A DNA stretch of 64,000 nucleotides. It comes from Ideonella sp. (lineage in GTDB: Bacteria; Pseudomonadota; Gammaproteobacteria; Burkholderiales; Burkholderiaceae_C). The stretch is from positions 7,846 to 71,845 of the forward strand of contig JADKIA010000026.1 in the NCBI GenBank assembly GCA_016721465.1, read 5' to 3'. How positions within the stretch are numbered: position 1 is the first letter of the stretch; each line of letters opens with the position of its first letter. The translations under genes were made by a program, and so were the position numbers. Of this stretch, positions 60,993-64,000 are shown in pieces. The notes beneath the pieces are model-generated. The model did no database searches, was not told the origin of the DNA, and saw only the letters and a list, made by a program, of their open reading frames with translations.

Positions 60993-62300
60993 TTACGGCC
61001 GCGTCGACTTGGGGCTTGGCGCCTTTGGACGCGACACCTTTGGGCGCGACGCCTTGCGAGCCACGGGCTTCGGGTGGCGGACGGGCTTGGCAGGCGTCGG
61101 GTCCGGCAGGATCTCGCGCAGCATGGCCTCACAGTCGCCCCGCGACATCACCCGCGGCACCGGGTAGTTGGTGTTGGCCTCCCAGCAAGCGGACTGGGCC
61201 AACTCGGCGATGTGCTCATCACGCAGGGCGTCGAGCTGGCGCGGGATGCCCAGCGAGCGGTTCATCGCCTCCACCGAATCCAGGAACTTCTGCGCCAACT
61301 GGCTCTCTGGCTCGCCCGGCGCGCCCAAGCGTGCGCGCAGCGCCAGCTTCGCCAACCGGGACTGGGCGGCAACCACGCTGAAGCGCAACACCGGCGGCAG
61401 CATGATGGCGTTGGCCAGGCCGTGTGGCGTGTGGTAGAGGCCGCCCAACTGGTGCGCAATGGCATGCACATAGCCGACATTGGCACGCGTGAAGGCCAGC
61501 CCGGCATAGGTCGAGGCCAGTGCCATCATCTCGCGCGCGACCAGGTTGCGGCCATCGTCGAAAGCCAGCGGCAGGTATTGGTAGATCATGCCCACCGCCG
61601 CGAGGGCCATGCGGTCGGTGAAATCGGTGCCCCACTGTCCGATGTAGGCCTCCACTGCGTGGGTCAGCGCGTCCATGCCGGTGGCGGCGGTGATGGGCGC
61701 GGGCAGGCCTGTCATCAGGCAAGGATCGAGCGCCGCCATGCGCGGCACGATGCGGGTATCGGCGATCACCAGCTTCTTGTGGTGCTCGGGATCCGAGACC
61801 ACCGCGGCCACCGTCACCTCGGAGCCAGTGCCCGCCGTGGTGGGCACGGCATAGATCGGTGCCGGGCCATGCAGGCCCTTGAAATAGCCCACCAGTTCAC
61901 GCGGATGCCTGTGGTTGGCTGCCGACAAGCCGATGGCCTTGGCGGCGTCCATCACCGAGCCTCCGCCGAAGGCGACGATGGCATCGCAGTCCCCGTCGTT
62001 GAACCTGGCAATGCCCTGCTCGATCTGTGGCAATGGCGCATCGGGGGTGACCTGGTCGAACACGTCGAACTCGGCACCCGCCTTGGACAGGGCGTCGGTC
62101 ATCGGCGCCATCAGCCCGAGCCGCACGATCACCTCGTCGGTGACGATGAGGATCCTGCGGTGCGCGAAGGCGCCGATGGCTTGCCCCAGCCGTTCACTCG
62201 CACCGGGCCCCACCAGCAGCATGGGTTGCGGTATCGGCAACACGCGCGTCACCACACCCGCCGCACGCTTCAGCGCGGGCAATCCAACTGAACGCGCCAT
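60993..62300 (-). CDS. Iron-containing (group III) alcohol dehydrogenase with Lys/Pro-rich C-terminal tail
   Basis: ATG 62300, in frame in ORF 60993..62819. AFGGGSVMDAAKA, PTTAGTGSEVT, and metal-binding His residues in THAVEAY and HAIAHQLGGLYHTPHG. The tail is PAKPVRHPKPVARKASRPKVSRPKAPSPKSTRP. Confidence 0.85.
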   Translation of the reverse strand: MARSVGLPALKRAAGVVTRVLPIPQPMLLVGPGASERLGQAIGAFAHRRILIVTDEVIVRLGLMAPMTDALSKAGAEFDVFDQVTPDAPLPQIEQGIARFNDGDCDAIVAFGGGSVMDAAKAIGLSAANHRHPRELVGYFKGLHGPAPIYAVPTTAGTGSEVTVAAVVSDPEHHKKLVIADTRIVPRMAALDPCLMTGLPAPITAATGMDALTHAVEAYIGQWGTDFTDRMALAAVGMIYQYLPLAFDDGRNLVAREMMALASTYAGLAFTRANVGYVHAIAHQLGGLYHTPHGLANAIMLPPVLRFSVVAAQSRLAKLALRARLGAPGEPESQLAQKFLDSVEAMNRSLGIPRQLDALRDEHIAELAQSACWEANTNYPVPRVMSRGDCEAMLREILPDPTPAKPVRHPKPVARKASRPKVSRPKAPSPKSTRP

Positions 62301-62372
62301 GTCGCTGATCAAGCTTGTCACCGTGTGTTCCCTCCACCATTGCCTGCAGTGCAACTCTGGCCCAGAACTTTC

Positions 62373-64000
62373 ATGAAGAGCGTGATCAGCATCAGCCTTG
62401 GTGCAAGCAGCCAGGACTTCGAATTCGGCACCACCTTTCTGGGTCAGAAGATGCATGTGCGCCGCCTGGGCACCGACGGCAGCACGGCCAAGGCCATCAA
62501 GCTGCTCAAGCAGTGGGACCAGCAGGCCGACGCCATCGGCCTGGGTGCAGTCAAGGACAGCCACAGCCTGGGGGCGCGTCGCTTCATCGTGCGGGACAGC
62601 CTGCGCATGCAGCAGGTCGTGTCGCGGACGCCCGTGAGCACCGGGGCGCGTCTGGGCGACATCTTTCTGGAGTGGTCGGTGCGGCATGCCCAGGTCGAGC
62701 TGGGTCGCTACTTCGACAACGCCCGGGTGCTGTTCTTCTCGGGCATGGCACACCACAAGCTGGCGGCCACGATGGCCGAGTACAGCGACAACCTGATGTT
62801 CGCGGACCCGTTGCTGCAACTGGGCATCCCGAAGCTCCTGACGTCACTCGACGCACTGTCGCTCTACTCCGCCGGCGCGCACCAGGTCTCGGGCTGGGGA
62901 CCGCCGCGGGTGATGCCCGCTGCGCTGATGAAGGAGTGGACCCAGTTCGTGCTGCGCAAGGCCATGCTCAAGGCCACGGTGGTGGTGGCGCCGGTGCACG
63001 AGCTGGACCATTTCGGCCTCGAAGAACTGGCCGGCAAGACGATCATCACCGCCACGGTGAACGACCGGCGCATCGCACGGTTCAAGGACAAGGGCGTGCG
63101 CCTGGTGGTGGACGGCTCGCCGGTGATGCACGGCCATGTGCTCGGGCCGGACCTGCTCGACGCAATGATCCTGGCCGCCACCGGCAAGGCACCCGCGGAG
63201 ATCTTCGAAGAGGACTACCTCGAGATCATCGGTGGCCTGCAAACCCAGCCGCGCATCATCTACCCCAATGGCGTGAAGCGGATGAACCGCTTTGCGTTCG
63301 TGATCCATCCCTTGTCGCAGGAATACTTCAAGGTGATCAAGCCGATCGAGATGCTGTCGCGCGTCTCGCCGCCGCTGTTCCTGAACTCCCTGGAGAAGGT
63401 GATGGCCTATGCGCCACCCTTCGTCTACTCGCGAGTCGAGGGCATTCGTTCACCGACGGGCGTGGAGGCCGAAGGCTGGTTGATCTCGGTGGGCGGCACG
63501 CCCAAGGAGATCATGAGTCACAACCCCGAATTCACCTACCGTCGGTTGCTGGCCGCAGCCGACATGGCCAAGCGGCTGGGCGCGCAGATCATGGGCCTGG
63601 GCGCGTTCACCAAGGTGGTGGGCGATGCCGGCGTCACCGTGGCCAAACGGGCCTCGCTGCCGATCACGACGGGCAACAGCTACAGCGCCTCGGCGGCGCT
63701 GTGGGCGGCCCACGATGCGCTGCTGCGCATGCGGCTGCTGCCGCCGCCCAATGGCAAGGAACGGGTGCAATTCAAGGCCATGGTGGTGGGTGCGACGGGG
63801 GCGATCGGCGCGGCCTGCGCGCGACTGCTGGTGCGTGCCGCCGAAGAAGTGACCCTGGTCTCGCCCGAAACCGCCAAGCTGCTGGCGCTGAAGGAATCGA
63901 TCCTGCAGGAGACGCCCGACGCCAAGGTGGTGCTGTCGGCCCGCGCCGACACCCACATTGCAGAGATGGACATGATCGTCACCGCCACCTCTGGTGCGGG
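62373..64000 (+). CDS. Two-domain protein, partial (runs off the window): unknown ~300-aa N-terminal domain fused to an acyl-ACP-reductase-like NAD(P)-binding domain
   Basis: Not in the supplied ORF track. My own translation from ATG 62373 gives 542 codons without a stop to the window end. The C-terminal half (FAFVIHPLS, GLGAFTKVVGD, ITTGNSYSASA, MVVGATGAIGAACARLL, DMIVTATSGAG) parallels motifs I recall from cyanobacterial acyl-ACP reductase (FGLIGHLTS, ALGGFTSII, FTTGNTHTA, VVGATGDIGSAV). Confidence 0.7.
   Translation, partial: MKSVISISLGASSQDFEFGTTFLGQKMHVRRLGTDGSTAKAIKLLKQWDQQADAIGLGAVKDSHSLGARRFIVRDSLRMQQVVSRTPVSTGARLGDIFLEWSVRHAQVELGRYFDNARVLFFSGMAHHKLAATMAEYSDNLMFADPLLQLGIPKLLTSLDALSLYSAGAHQVSGWGPPRVMPAALMKEWTQFVLRKAMLKATVVVAPVHELDHFGLEELAGKTIITATVNDRRIARFKDKGVRLVVDGSPVMHGHVLGPDLLDAMILAATGKAPAEIFEEDYLEIIGGLQTQPRIIYPNGVKRMNRFAFVIHPLSQEYFKVIKPIEMLSRVSPPLFLNSLEKVMAYAPPFVYSRVEGIRSPTGVEAEGWLISVGGTPKEIMSHNPEFTYRRLLAAADMAKRLGAQIMGLGAFTKVVGDAGVTVAKRASLPITTGNSYSASAALWAAHDALLRMRLLPPPNGKERVQFKAMVVGATGAIGAACARLLVRAAEEVTLVSPETAKLLALKESILQETPDAKVVLSARADTHIAEMDMIVTATSGA

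Noticed and set aside
51979-62291. ORFs 51979..53925 (-, 648 aa), 56634..58166 (-, 510 aa) and 60699..62291 (+, 530 aa)
   Set aside because: They are antisense to the STAS-like gene, amn and the Fe-ADH respectively, with composition typical of GC-rich shadow frames.

Overview
High-GC (roughly two-thirds G+C by eye) proteobacterial chromosomal window. Gene content and order (glyQS-lnt-corC, dksA-hslVU, liuR-ivd, a gltR/gtrS-like two-component system beside a gts-like glucose ABC operon, phaC) suggest Betaproteobacteria/Burkholderiales, possibly Comamonadaceae; this is inference and untested. I support about 55 protein-coding genes. I recognised no rRNA, tRNA, CRISPR array, transposase or integrase. 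Layout: (i) 1-5.0 kb is a decayed accessory patch with two multiply frameshifted genes, an orphan membrane protein, a periplasmic ankyrin protein, and a ~1-kb lower-GC insertion bounded by 44-bp direct repeats. (ii) 5.0-22.9 kb is a single 11-gene minus-strand carbohydrate-utilisation operon: TonB-dependent receptor, gts-like ABC importer, flavin-halogenase-like gene, EEP phosphatase/nuclease, GH3, GH127, GH30 and a SASA-type esterase. (iii) 23.2-30.6 kb holds an OmpR-type regulator plus TctE/GtrS-type kinase, a paralogous gts-like ABC operon and a translationally coupled periplasmic GDPD. (iv) 34.2-41.3 kb is a LiuR-controlled acyl-CoA (leucine-type) catabolic cluster. At 35.5-37.1 kb it is interrupted by the most anomalous DNA in the window: an endostatin/DUF1554-like fragment, a 366-nt near-homopolymeric G tract, and a ~50% GC two-gene islet (PepSY-like small protein + PIN-like protein). 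(v) 41.5-58.2 kb is housekeeping (plsC, gmhB, glyQS, lnt, corC, COG0523 GTPase, dksA, hslVU, coaX, amn). (vi) 58.3-64.0 kb holds SDR-phaC, then a divergent pair of iron-type alcohol dehydrogenase and a large acyl-ACP-reductase-like fusion gene; the latter runs off the window and is absent from the ORF track. I see no complete, clear-cut novel multi-gene system. The best candidates for follow-up are the PIN-like islet with the G tract, the phaC-adjacent reductase/ADH pair, and the halogenase-like gene inside the sugar operon. All family calls come from motif recognition by eye; no database search or computation was run. Start codons were chosen by frame arithmetic on the ORF track.
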